A stretch of DNA of 64,000 nucleotides, taken from the NCBI GenBank assembly GCA_963823665.1, contig CAWGMQ010000004.1, forward strand, positions 64,001 through 128,000. The letters are read 5' to 3'. Of the stretch, positions 39,973 through 49,770 are shown piece by piece. The stretch is from an uncultured Planctomycetota bacterium (GTDB lineage Bacteria; Planctomycetota; Planctomycetia; Isosphaerales; Isosphaeraceae). The first letter of the stretch is position 1, and every line of letters starts with the position of its first letter. The position numbers and the translations under genes were made by a program. A model generated the notes under the pieces. That model was not told where the DNA came from, searched no databases, and worked only from the letters and a program-made list of their open reading frames with translations.

Positions 39973-42774
39973 CTACAAATACAAATCGCAGTGAATGCAA
40001 TAGCGCTTGCCGGGCACTCCGGGAACCGGCCGGCCGCACGACGGGCAGTTGCCAGAGTTGGTGGACACGGGCACCGGCCTTTGAGACGGTGCGCTGGCGG
40101 GGATCGGGGCTGGCGCGGGCCGCGGTGGCGGAGCCACGACCGCAGATGACGCCGCCGCCACCGAAGGCGCCGGCCGCGGTGCGGGAGCCGCCAGCGCAGG
40201 CTTGGTCTGGGCCGGAACGCCCAGCGGATTGAAAGCAGCCTGAGGAACGACCGGAGGGGGCACCGTGGCGGGCGCGGGGCTCGGGCGCGGCGCAACCGGC
40301 GTAGCTTGGGGCGGCGAGGAAGGCAGAGCAACGGGGGCCGGTTGCGGTGCGCGAGCGGTTGCTGTGGCAGCCGTCCGCAAGGTGACCGTCACGGCCCCGA
40401 CCGAGTGCGGCTCGCCGGCACGGAGCTCGGTCTGTTCGTTCGTTGCAGCGTCCTGGCGGATGACCTTCCCCGCCTCGAACGAATAGCGGAAAGCGACCGG
40501 TGGGGTTCCGCGCGCATAGATCGTTGCGGCCCGCGCGTCGCTGCCGATGCTGACCGGTGTTGGTCCGAGATTCACGGTGCGGATCTCGCAGCCGCCGTAG
40601 CAGATCTCGAGCCATGCCTTGCGTGCGATGCGCTCGGCCAGGGCCAGTGTGAGGCCAAGGGCGAGTCCCAGCAGCGTCGCGCCCAGGATTCGGCCCGAAG
40701 CGTCAGCGGCTGGCATTCCACGAATCGCCACGGCGAGCCCGAGGTAACCAAGCGCCCCGGCGGCTCCTCCGATCGCTCCGCCCAGCAAGCTGCGGCCTGA
40801 TCGAAGGTTGGGCACGAAGAAAGACAGCACAATTCCGGCGAGCGCTCCGAGCAGCGTCCAGCCCAGAACGCGGAATAGCCCTGCGCCGGCGAGCGCATCG
40901 GGCGCGGCGAGAAACAGGAGCTGACCCGCGGCCCCACCGGCGAGACCGGCGAGCAGGCCGCCCAGCCAGCTTCGCGCTGCGGCGCCGGCGGGCAAGATGC
41001 CTTCCTTCAAGTAGTGATGCTGGCCGGCACAAAGGGCCATGGCGATCATCGCCGTGATCATTGCGGTCCAGGCGGCGATCGCAAGGAGCAACTGGCCCGA
41101 GCTCTCAACGGCGAACTTTTCCTGGGACTGCACGCCTCCGAGCACGGCCGGCGGTGAGATCGGCGGCAAGTCAGTGGCGCGAGCGGCCGGTGGCGGAACG
41201 GGCGTGGGCGGGCGCGCAGCCGCCGCGGGCTCGAGTTGAGCCGGCTGACTGGCCGTCGTGATCCGGGCGATCTCGCGGCTGACGGTGGGCAGCAGCGACG
41301 CAAATTTGTTTTCACCGCTCACCGCGCCTTGAAGATCGAAGAAGGTTCCGGGCGAGTCGTCCTGGAGGGCAGCGTAGATCTCGCGATGTGGCTCATTGAT
41401 CACCAGATGGAGCTGGTCGATCTTGTTTTTCCGAAGAATCTCGGCCGCTTCGCCGATGGATTCGGTCTCCTTGTCGGGGATCTTGGGCGGAGCATCGGTG
41501 ATCAGGATGAGAACGCGAGTGGCGTCGGCGCGGAACGGCTGGCGGGCGGCCAGCGCGAGCCCGTCCAGGGCGCTCTCGGGTGTGTCACCCCCGCCGTCGG
41601 CCACAAGTTTGCGTCCGACCTCGCGGCCGAATTCCGCATAATCCCGGGTGAAAACTTCACCGGCAACGTTGATCACGAACGGCTCCTCGATCGAAGTCGG
41701 CGCGCCGGCCGGAGCGGCCGGAGCACCCGGAGGCATCGGATCACTGCGCCCTCGCGTGCGGCCTCGGCGCGCCGGAGCTCGCCCCCTGGGAGCGGGCATC
41801 CGGAAATCGGCAACTCCATTCAAACGGTCGCGGAACGCGACCAGTCCAATGCGCGCGTCTAGCTTGCGTTTTCCCAGCTCTTGCGCGAACTCGATGATGC
41901 CGTCTCGCACCCCGTTGATTGCAAATTGCATGCTTCCGGTGACGTCGAGAACAAACATCACGTCGACGCCGCGCCCTTGCCTGGGGGCATTGATCGTCAG
42001 GCCGAATCGGCTCATCGCGACCGGAGGCTCCGGAGCTTCCGCCGGACCTCGCGGTCCGGTGGCTTTGACCGAAACGTTTGTCGAGCCGGGTTGCGCTTCG
42101 CGGGCGGCGTCCAGCTCGATCTCGATCCGCGTCGTGTCCGCCGGCACGGTCAGGCCGGTCGCTTTCACTCCTGGGGGAAGGCCCTCGAGCTCGAGCATGA
42201 CGGGGCCCGTGAAATTGTCACGCGCTATCAGGACGCCGCAGCGATTCTTGCCGGAAGGATCGATGGCAACCTCGGGCGAGACGCTCATCCGCAGCGCGGG
42301 TGGCGGCGGCAGCGTCCTCCGAACCGTGAGGCGTGTCGTCGCCTCAGCCTGCGGGGGCGAACCGCCGCGCGCGGGCCCCTCGGCCTTGAATGTGATTTCT
42401 TCCGAGCTGACCGCGGCGTCGGCCGCGGCCGAAACCTGAACCTCGAAATCCGTACGATTTGCCGGGATGGTGATGGCATCGATGCGCACACCCGCCGGAG
42501 GATTGACCGCCTTGATCGTCACCGGCTCGTCAAATCCCACACGCGCGATTTTGACGCCGAGCCGGTTCGTGCCGCCCTGATAAAGATCGATCGCCGGCGA
42601 AGCTGCGACGCGTAGCGGGGGAATCACCACGGCCACCGGCGCCTCAGGCCGGAGCAGCCGCCACACGGCCTCGCCCAACGCCGTGGCGCCCAGGAGGCCG
42701 CCCAGAGCGCCACAGATTCCAAAGATCAAGGGCTTCGGCAGCGCTTGCCACATCGATCGAGCCGGGGCTTTCAC
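39973..42774 (-). CDS. Multi-TM protein with two Ig-like repeats, vWA, degenerate FHA, Pro-rich linker and Zn ribbon
   Basis: DVMFVLDVTGSM, DGGGDTPESALDGL, ILITDAPP. Gly-rich TMs, KAWLEI...VSIGS, CPSC...RYCIHCDLYL. Confidence 0.85.
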   Translation of the reverse strand: MKAPARSMWQALPKPLIFGICGALGGLLGATALGEAVWRLLRPEAPVAVVIPPLRVAASPAIDLYQGGTNRLGVKIARVGFDEPVTIKAVNPPAGVRIDAITIPANRTDFEVQVSAAADAAVSSEEITFKAEGPARGGSPPQAEATTRLTVRRTLPPPPALRMSVSPEVAIDPSGKNRCGVLIARDNFTGPVMLELEGLPPGVKATGLTVPADTTRIEIELDAAREAQPGSTNVSVKATGPRGPAEAPEPPVAMSRFGLTINAPRQGRGVDVMFVLDVTGSMQFAINGVRDGIIEFAQELGKRKLDARIGLVAFRDRLNGVADFRMPAPRGRAPARRGRTRGRSDPMPPGAPAAPAGAPTSIEEPFVINVAGEVFTRDYAEFGREVGRKLVADGGGDTPESALDGLALAARQPFRADATRVLILITDAPPKIPDKETESIGEAAEILRKNKIDQLHLVINEPHREIYAALQDDSPGTFFDLQGAVSGENKFASLLPTVSREIARITTASQPAQLEPAAAARPPTPVPPPAARATDLPPISPPAVLGGVQSQEKFAVESSGQLLLAIAAWTAMITAMIAMALCAGQHHYLKEGILPAGAAARSWLGGLLAGLAGGAAGQLLFLAAPDALAGAGLFRVLGWTLLGALAGIVLSFFVPNLRSGRSLLGGAIGGAAGALGYLGLAVAIRGMPAADASGRILGATLLGLALGLTLALAERIARKAWLEICYGGCEIRTVNLGPTPVSIGSDARAATIYARGTPPVAFRYSFEAGKVIRQDAATNEQTELRAGEPHSVGAVTVTLRTAATATARAPQPAPVALPSSPPQATPVAPRPSPAPATVPPPVVPQAAFNPLGVPAQTKPALAAPAPRPAPSVAAASSAVVAPPPRPAPAPIPASAPSQRPVPVSTNSGNCPSCGRPVPGVPGKRYCIHCDLYL

Positions 42775-42854
42775 GATTTCGACCTCCCGACCACGAAGCG
42801 AGCCTGAGTTCCTCGTTCAAATGTACCAGGAATCTCACGGTTGGTCGATTGACT

Positions 42855-45515
42855 TCACGGAAACGGCCTGTCGAACGCTTCGCTCGGGCTTCTCCAGGCG
42901 CGCTTCCAGTGCTCGTCGTAGGGCTCAATCAGTGTTTCGATCAGATCGCCGAGCACCGGAGGTATCGAGCCGTCCGCCAGAAGATACGGCTTGTCGCCGG
43001 CGCGGGAAAGCGATTCGAACGTGGCAACAGCCGCTCTCGGGTCAGCAGATACTTCAATGCGGAGGATCGATCCCACAAACCGGCGAGCGTCCATCCCGCC
43101 GCGCGGCAGAGCTGCGTTTGCCTGTGTGAGGAACAAGTCGGCCGCCCCGCGGTCGTAGCGAGCGAGGAAAACTGCTGCAGCGGCGACTCGGTTGTCCGGT
43201 AATCCGCGCTGCCGGGCCGTGTCGCTCTTGGGCATCAGCGCGACCGCTTTCCAGAAGACTTCTTCAAGGTGCTCCGGCGCCACTTTCTCCACGATCGGCA
43301 GAATCGACGCGGCCGGGTTGGTGAATATGTTGATCAAGAACGGTAAACCCTCCGCGGCGCCCGGTTGTGCAATCAGTCCGTCGATCAGTTGGATCGAGCG
43401 GTCAAGCGCGAGCCGCGCGGCCGCCTTGTCGCGGTCGGTCACTGCAAGCGCCAGCACAGCCCAACCGCAAGCCTGCGCTGAAGGCGTTTTCATCTCGCCA
43501 ATGAGCCGCTCCGCTCGCTTCGGATCGGTTTTCGCCATCGGCCCGCACAGCCAGAGCGCAAAATGACTTCTGCTCATCGGCTGACTGGGCGGCGATTCCT
43601 CGATGAGCTGAAAGACGCGTTCCGCATCGGCCGGGCGTTCGTTCGCCAGGGCTGCTGCGATCCAGATGTAACATTCCTTGCGGCGCCCCTTGCTCATGTC
43701 GCGGAGCAGAGCCAATACCTGATCCAGCTCGAGCCGTGCCGCGGTCGGGAGCGAGTACGGCTGGTAATACGCTTCCTGCGGCAGCCGCGCTGCGAGTTTC
43801 AAGCTTTCATCGATCAGCGGGCGCGCATGTTCGATGTCGCCGAGATCCAGCCAGCCCCGCGCAACTCGCGCAAGCTGATTGAGCCGGGTCGCGGGTTTGA
43901 ATTCCTTCCCTCCGCCGGCGGGCGCGCGCACTTGAACGGTGGCGCGCTCCAGGAGCGCACGCTTCCGCTGTTTCTCCGCGGCCGGCAGCGCCGCAGCCAT
44001 GAGCAGGTAACCGTACACCTGATCTTCCCGCGCCTCGAGTGCGCCGACAATCGATTCGGCCTCCACCGGATCGGAGAAAACCAGCTCAGCAGCGATCCTG
44101 CATCGGATGTTGTAGTCGCGATTGGCATCCAGGAAATGCGCGGTCGGCAGCAGTGCAAGCGCGCCCTGCGGGTCGACCTGAGCCAGGCGGCGCAGGCACT
44201 CCCACTTCGACCTATCGTCCCCGTTCTTCAGTGCAAATTGCAGGTATGGCTCGAGCACGCGCCGCGCCAGTGCACGCGACTCCTCGGACGAAATCGGGGC
44301 AGGCAGGGGCGAGAGGATGCGGTCGGGTTGTTCGCTTGTGCGCACCAGGGTGAGCTTCTGCTCCTTCGGTTCCCTGGCCGGCACGGCTGGCCATCCCTGG
44401 AACCGAAAGCCCCGCGCCGCGACCAGCAGATAGGTTCTCTCGGGCAGCACGCCTTCGAGCAGGAATCGCCCCTGCGCATCCGTAGCGGTCGTTGGTGACC
44501 CAGAAGGCAGCGAGACACGTGCGCCGGCGACGGGCTGACCTTGGCGATCCTGCACGAGACCGAAGAGCTTCCGGTGCGTCGGCAGTCGCAAGGGCGGGGC
44601 ATTCGTCAGCTCGGTGGTTGCCGTGATCCAGTCGGAGTTGATGGCAGAACCGCCTTCGACCCGGATCGTGATCCGGTACGACGAGCCGGTCAGGAGCTGC
44701 TGCGGTGTCTCGAACGACCCATCTTTACGACTGCGAAGCGGCCCGGAATCAAAGTGAATCAGAGTAGAACCGGCCGACGTCAGCTCGCCCGTGCCTGCTG
44801 GCGAGTACCGCAGGTTCTGCACCCACACTTCCACAGGAATGTCGCCCGCCGGCTCGCCGGAGTCATAGGCGAGCGAGCCAGCTATACGCGCCGGCCGGCC
44901 CAACTTGAGCGTGAAGCGATCGCTGCCGGGACGTTCGGGGAGCGGCAGAGAGTGAGGGGCGATGCCGGGAGCGCTTGCCCGCACCGCCAGCGGATCGATC
45001 GTCACCGGGAGGCACATGAGCGTCGCGGTTCCGTCCGCGGCCGTGACGACCGTCAATCGTTCCAGCCAATCGTCGGGTGTATAAAACGAGGTGATGCGGA
45101 GGGGAGCGAGACGCACGCCCGCCAGGGGACGGCCCTCGAAATCGAGCACGGTCAGAGTCCGTTTGAACGGCTCCGCGAGGGTTAACCGCAGCGGCGCCGG
45201 TGCCGCGTTCCCGGTAAGATCCACTCGCTGCGCGGTAACCGACCGGCTGGGATGGTAAGCCCAGATGACTGGAAGAGGCTCGGTCATGCTCAACCGAGGG
45301 CGGTCGAATTTGAGGCGAAACGCCCCCTGCGCGTCGGTCATCGACCGTGCCAGCGTAGGTATCGATCCGTCCGCGACATTCGGTCTGGCGAGCACGACGT
45401 CAACACCGGACATCGGCTCTCCCACCCGGTCGACCACGACGCCGGTCAGAACGAGCGAGTCCGGAGCTTGCTGAGTCAGCAACCCGCCAAGCAAGCAGAC
45501 GCAGAGCACGAACAT
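42855..45515 (-). CDS. Exported carboxypeptidase-regulatory-like domain protein with helical C-terminus
   Basis: Repeated G.V.D..G.P..G..V...TDAQG.F units and an N-terminal hydrophobic leader. Confidence 0.8.
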   Translation of the reverse strand: MFVLCVCLLGGLLTQQAPDSLVLTGVVVDRVGEPMSGVDVVLARPNVADGSIPTLARSMTDAQGAFRLKFDRPRLSMTEPLPVIWAYHPSRSVTAQRVDLTGNAAPAPLRLTLAEPFKRTLTVLDFEGRPLAGVRLAPLRITSFYTPDDWLERLTVVTAADGTATLMCLPVTIDPLAVRASAPGIAPHSLPLPERPGSDRFTLKLGRPARIAGSLAYDSGEPAGDIPVEVWVQNLRYSPAGTGELTSAGSTLIHFDSGPLRSRKDGSFETPQQLLTGSSYRITIRVEGGSAINSDWITATTELTNAPPLRLPTHRKLFGLVQDRQGQPVAGARVSLPSGSPTTATDAQGRFLLEGVLPERTYLLVAARGFRFQGWPAVPAREPKEQKLTLVRTSEQPDRILSPLPAPISSEESRALARRVLEPYLQFALKNGDDRSKWECLRRLAQVDPQGALALLPTAHFLDANRDYNIRCRIAAELVFSDPVEAESIVGALEAREDQVYGYLLMAAALPAAEKQRKRALLERATVQVRAPAGGGKEFKPATRLNQLARVARGWLDLGDIEHARPLIDESLKLAARLPQEAYYQPYSLPTAARLELDQVLALLRDMSKGRRKECYIWIAAALANERPADAERVFQLIEESPPSQPMSRSHFALWLCGPMAKTDPKRAERLIGEMKTPSAQACGWAVLALAVTDRDKAAARLALDRSIQLIDGLIAQPGAAEGLPFLINIFTNPAASILPIVEKVAPEHLEEVFWKAVALMPKSDTARQRGLPDNRVAAAAVFLARYDRGAADLFLTQANAALPRGGMDARRFVGSILRIEVSADPRAAVATFESLSRAGDKPYLLADGSIPPVLGDLIETLIEPYDEHWKRAWRSPSEAFDRPFP

Positions 45516-45630
45516 GGCTTTGTTCCCTGGTCTTATCGGTGGTCTAGCCGCGGACGAGAATGAATCAGCTCTCGCACTGGGCCATCATAAGGGCCTTCGG
45601 AGCTTCGCTCAATCACGGACACGCGCGGTA

Positions 45631-47062
45631 TCAGCGTTCCGGCGCATCCCGGTAATCAAGCGGCGGCTTCTGGTTGTTTCCCAGGAGGGATTCGTACTTT
45701 CGCCCTTCAAGGCGGCGGCGATGTTCGGCGCGGGCTTCCTCGAGCGTCATCGGGTCCCGGAATAAATCGCCCGCGGTGGCCGCGAGGACCCGCGCGGCCA
45801 GGATCATTCCCTTGCGGCCGATGCTCGTGCCGCCGGCGGCGACGGCCTGCCACGAGTGGGCCGGTGTTCCCGGCACCCAGCAGGCGGTGCTGAAACCGGC
45901 TGTCGGCACGACCCAGGAGACGTCGCCCACGTCGGTCGACCCCTTGCCGACCCGGCCCGTGGGCGTTTCGACCTGGCTGAGTGATTCGATCGGAAGAGGC
46001 TGCGCGAGAGTCTCACGAATCTTCGCAGCGAACGCCTTCTCTGTGTCGTCGTAGCTCAGGTCATTGAGCCGCCGGAGGTTCTTCCGGACGACTCGCGCGA
46101 GCGCTTCGTTTGGCAGGATTTCGACGATCCCGCCGAGGTACTCGGTTTCGAGCTGCGTTTCCGTAGCGAGCGCCCCGGCCTGTGCGCATTTGAGGAGGCG
46201 AGGGTAAAGCGTGCGGACGACGTCGGATCGCGGGTGGCGAATGTAGAAAAACGCCTCGGCAAAGTCCGGGACGACGTTAGGCGCACTTCCGCCCGCGGTG
46301 ATCACGTGGTGGATTCGCGTAAAGTCCGGGGTATGCTCGCGCAAGAGCTCGGACGCGTGGGCGCAGAGCTCGAGGGCGTCCAGCGCCGAGCGTCCCTGCT
46401 CCGGGGCCCCAGCGGCATGGGCGCTCTTGCCCCGGAACCGGAACTTGACGGCGATCCGCGCCTGGCTTGCCTCATCGCCGGCCGAGTTCCTGGAGGCCGG
46501 GTGCCAGTGGAGCACGGCGTCGCAGTCATTGAGCAGTCCCGCACGCACGAGGAACGCCTTGGCGCTGCCGCCCTCCTCAGCCGGGCAGCCGTAATAGCGA
46601 AGAGTTCCCTTCAAGGCACCGGACCGCAATTCTCCGGCCAGCGCGATCGACGCCTCGGCCGACGCGACACCGAAGAGGTGGTGGCCGCAGGCGTGGCCGG
46701 CTGCGATGCCCGCACGCGGCTTGCGCTCGGGCACGTTTTCTTGCGCGAGGCCCGGCAGCGCGTCGTATTCGCCCAGGATGGCGATCACCGGCTTGCCCGA
46801 GCCGATCGTCGCGATGAAGGCGGTCGGAATTCCGGCAACCCCGCGCTCGACTCGAAATCCCGCGGATTCAAGCGACTGGGACAGGAGCGCCGCGGAGCGG
46901 TCCTCGTGATAGCCCACCTCGGCCCATTCCCAGATTTTGAGGGCTTCTGCCCACGCAGCCTCAGACCGCGCGAATCGATTCGTCGAGCGACCGCTGAGCG
47001 AATGCGGGTGCGGTTGTGATGAGCGCGCTCAAGACCGCGAGACTTGCGCCGATCGATTTCAT
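45631..47062 (-). CDS. abgB: M20 amidohydrolase, AbgB-like, with signal peptide (frameshift near 46960)
   Basis: ILGEYDALPGL, GHACGHH, GCPAEEGG, HWHP, GSTDVGDVSW, HSWQ. Leader MKSIGASLAVLSALITTAPAFAQ. Confidence 0.85.
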
Positions 47063-47133
47063 TGCTGGTAGCTCCCGTAGACCGAAACAATTTCGACCCT
47101 GGAGATCGTCGCTGGCAGAATGACGCGCGTCAA

Positions 47134-47577
47134 TCAGACCTTTCGGGATCGGCTCGGGATCTCCAGAGCTCGCTCCAGGATTCGACCTGCTTCCTTCAGT
47201 GTGGCGCGTTCGTTGCGCGACAGCGGACGCAGCCATTCGGCCAGGAGTCCAACCCGAGCGCTGCGACCCTGCCGCATGATCTGCTCACCCTTGGGAGTCG
47301 CGTGCAACCATGCGACCCGCCCGTCGGATTCGTCGGGAACGCGGCTGATCAGGCCGTCCGATTCGAGCGCCTTGACGATCTTTGTCATGCTGGGCGGCCT
47401 GACCTGCTCGGCGGTCGCAAGCGCACCGAGCGTGAGCGGCCCAGCGAAGACCACGACCGAAAGCGCCGACAGCTCAGCCGGACTGATTCCAGTCGCCGCA
47501 TCTGCGCGCCGCACTCGGCGCAAGAGATGGATCGCGACCGAATGCAGACGATCCGCCACGTCCTCGACTTCCGACAT
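47134..47577 (-). CDS. MarR-family transcriptional regulator
   Basis: LSALSVV...TLGALATAEQVRPPSMTKIVKALE..GLI.R..D..DGR. GGAGG upstream. Confidence 0.92.
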   Translation of the reverse strand: MSEVEDVADRLHSVAIHLLRRVRRADAATGISPAELSALSVVVFAGPLTLGALATAEQVRPPSMTKIVKALESDGLISRVPDESDGRVAWLHATPKGEQIMRQGRSARVGLLAEWLRPLSRNERATLKEAGRILERALEIPSRSRKV

Positions 47578-47619
47578 CCGCAAGCACCTCCGACTTGACT
47601 CTCGCCCCTCACACGATTA

Positions 47620-47638
47620 TAGTTAGTTTGGCTAACTA
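47620..47638. promoter_or_regulatory. Palindromic operator, probably bound by the adjacent MarR
   Basis: TAGTTAG-tttgg-CTAACTA perfect inverted repeat in an AT-rich gap between divergent genes. Confidence 0.75.
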
Positions 47639-47731
47639 ATTTGTAGACCGCGAGCTCCACGGAACATTCCAACGAGCCCGCGGCCGGCCGGACACATCGT
47701 CTTCGTCTAACAATTGCCGGAGTCTCCTGAG

Positions 47732-48433
47732 ATGGCAAGTGAGAGGGAACAGGTGTTTGCCGCGGTGCGTTCGGGCGACGTGGACATTCTGGCGGGATTG
47801 CTGGCAGGAAGCCAGTCGCTGGCTTCATCGCGAGATGAGAATGGCGTGTCGCTGCTCTTGACAGCGTGTTACCACCGCCGGCCGGAAATGGCAGAGCTGA
47901 TACAGGCTTCGGCCGGTCCGCTCGACATCTTCGAATCGTCTGCCGTCGAAGGCGGGGCGGACCGCGGGGCCAGACTGCTCGAGGAGGATCGTGCGCTCGC
48001 TCGAGCATTCGCGTCCGACGGCTTCACTGCGTTACATCTGGCGGCTTATTTCGGGCGCGAAGCGATGGCGGGCATGCTGCTCGAACACGGAGCGGAGCCT
48101 GACGCTGTATCGCGAAATGCGATGGCTTTGCGGCCGCTGCACAGCGCAGCGGTCAGTCGGTCTCTCCCCATCGTCAAGCGCTTGCTCGAGCGCGGAGCCG
48201 ACCTGAACGCCCAGCAGCACGGCGGCTGGACACCGCTCCACGCCGCCGCATTCACCGGCAACGTGCCCATGGCCGAGTGCCTGCTCGCGCACGGCGCCGA
48301 CCCATCACTCAAAAGCGACGACGGCAAGACCGCGATCGACGTGGCCGTCGAGAAAGGCCACGCTTCCGTGACCGATTTGCTGAGGGGCAGGGCGGCGAAA
48401 GGCGGGGAATCAAGGAAACGGAACGAGGGCTGA
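47732..48433 (+). CDS. Ankyrin repeat protein
   Basis: DGFTALHLAAYFG, RPLHSAA, GGWTPLHAAA, DGKTAIDVA. Confidence 0.93.
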   Translation: MASEREQVFAAVRSGDVDILAGLLAGSQSLASSRDENGVSLLLTACYHRRPEMAELIQASAGPLDIFESSAVEGGADRGARLLEEDRALARAFASDGFTALHLAAYFGREAMAGMLLEHGAEPDAVSRNAMALRPLHSAAVSRSLPIVKRLLERGADLNAQQHGGWTPLHAAAFTGNVPMAECLLAHGADPSLKSDDGKTAIDVAVEKGHASVTDLLRGRAAKGGESRKRNEG

Positions 48434-48504
48434 CCGTCGACGAATCTGCTTCCTCTACCGCGCATCAAAGCGGGCATAAGAGCCACCGCTCGTCCAGCCA
48501 CCAG

Positions 48505-49527
48505 TCACAAGGGGAGCACGCCGGTGTTCGGCAAAGCCCGTTCGAATTCTCTTAGTTCGGCTTCGGAGATGGCTGCGTGGTCGAGGATGAGCCAGCGAAG
48601 GCTGGTCAGCTTTCGCAAGTGAACGGAACCTGCATGCATCCTTCTTGTGCTCCGCAGTGTCAGCTCTTTGAGACAAGTGAGTCTTTTCAATGCGGCGAGC
48701 CCATCGTCGCTCGGTTCGCGCAGAGTGAGCTTAAGCTCCTTGAGGTTGGTGAGTGCCTTGAGCTGGGTGAGACCTCCCGCTGTGAGGTCGGGTAGCGAGA
48801 GACCGAGCGCGCTGATTTTGGTCATCGCGGCCAAATGTACGAGTCCCCCCTCGGTGAGATCACACCCCTGCAGATCGAGCGATTCGATCTCAGTCAGCCC
48901 CTTCAGGTGCAAGAGGCCTCGATCGGTCACCTCGCAAGTCGGCAGTCTGAGCACACGAAGGCGACGAAGCTGCGCGAGATTCGCCAGCCCGATGTCGGTG
49001 ACCTCGCCCTCGCAGGTGCGGAGAGACAATTCCCTGAGACTGGTGAGATCCTGCAGTGCGGAAAGGCTCAAGTCGTCGATATGGGAGTAACTGAGCCTCA
49101 GCTTCTGAAGTCGATGAAGGCCCTTCAAATGCTTCAGTTCGTCGTTCGACAGGGGCATTCCGCGAACTCGCAGCTCTTCGAGGTCGGCGAGACAGCCAAC
49201 GGCGGCGAGATGAGCCTCGGATGGCGGCCAGCGGATGGAAGCAACGGCGACATGGCCGAAGTAATCGACCCCGAGCGTGTCGACAATCCACTTCCGCCAT
49301 ACTGAGTCAGCCAGGTTCTGCCGGGCGCTGTAGATCCAGGCCTCCTTGTACAAAACGGCGCCGTCTGCTCGTTCGATCTCTGCCACCGCCTCGCGCTGCA
49401 AGCGCGCGGAATTGACGAGCCAGCCCAATCCGCCGCCAATGGCGAGGACGAGCAAGCTCGCGGTGCGTACATTGAGCCGCAAGTACCTCCGCCAGCGCCG
49501 CGACCTCAGGTGCGTTGAATCGTGCAT
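48505..49527 (-). CDS. Leucine-rich repeat protein with N-terminal membrane anchor
   Basis: Repeated (V)TD.GL.HL..L..L..L.L units. YLRLNVRTASLLVLAIGGGLGWLV anchor. Confidence 0.9.
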   Translation of the reverse strand: MHDSTHLRSRRWRRYLRLNVRTASLLVLAIGGGLGWLVNSARLQREAVAEIERADGAVLYKEAWIYSARQNLADSVWRKWIVDTLGVDYFGHVAVASIRWPPSEAHLAAVGCLADLEELRVRGMPLSNDELKHLKGLHRLQKLRLSYSHIDDLSLSALQDLTSLRELSLRTCEGEVTDIGLANLAQLRRLRVLRLPTCEVTDRGLLHLKGLTEIESLDLQGCDLTEGGLVHLAAMTKISALGLSLPDLTAGGLTQLKALTNLKELKLTLREPSDDGLAALKRLTCLKELTLRSTRRMHAGSVHLRKLTSLRWLILDHAAISEAELREFERALPNTGVLPL

Positions 49528-49770
49528 CGTGGCCTCCTGCCACCGAGCTTCGGTATTCCCCTAACCCAAGCTGGCTCCCGGTTTCCGGATGACTGTACCG
49601 CGCAAGGCGCGCTCTGACCAGTTAAACATCGCCCCATGTGATGTGCGCGTGCCGGCGGCCTCCGAGTCGGTTCCGAAGCATCGCGAGCGCCTGGGCGCGT
49701 GGCATGCACGCGGAGTTTCGCGATACAATGCTACGCGAGATGAGCCGCTTCGGAAATCGAGCTTCGACCG

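Noticed and set aside
48505..49527. LRR protein as an NLR-like immune receptor
   Set aside because: No NTPase or effector domain. It is a common planctomycete anchored LRR type.
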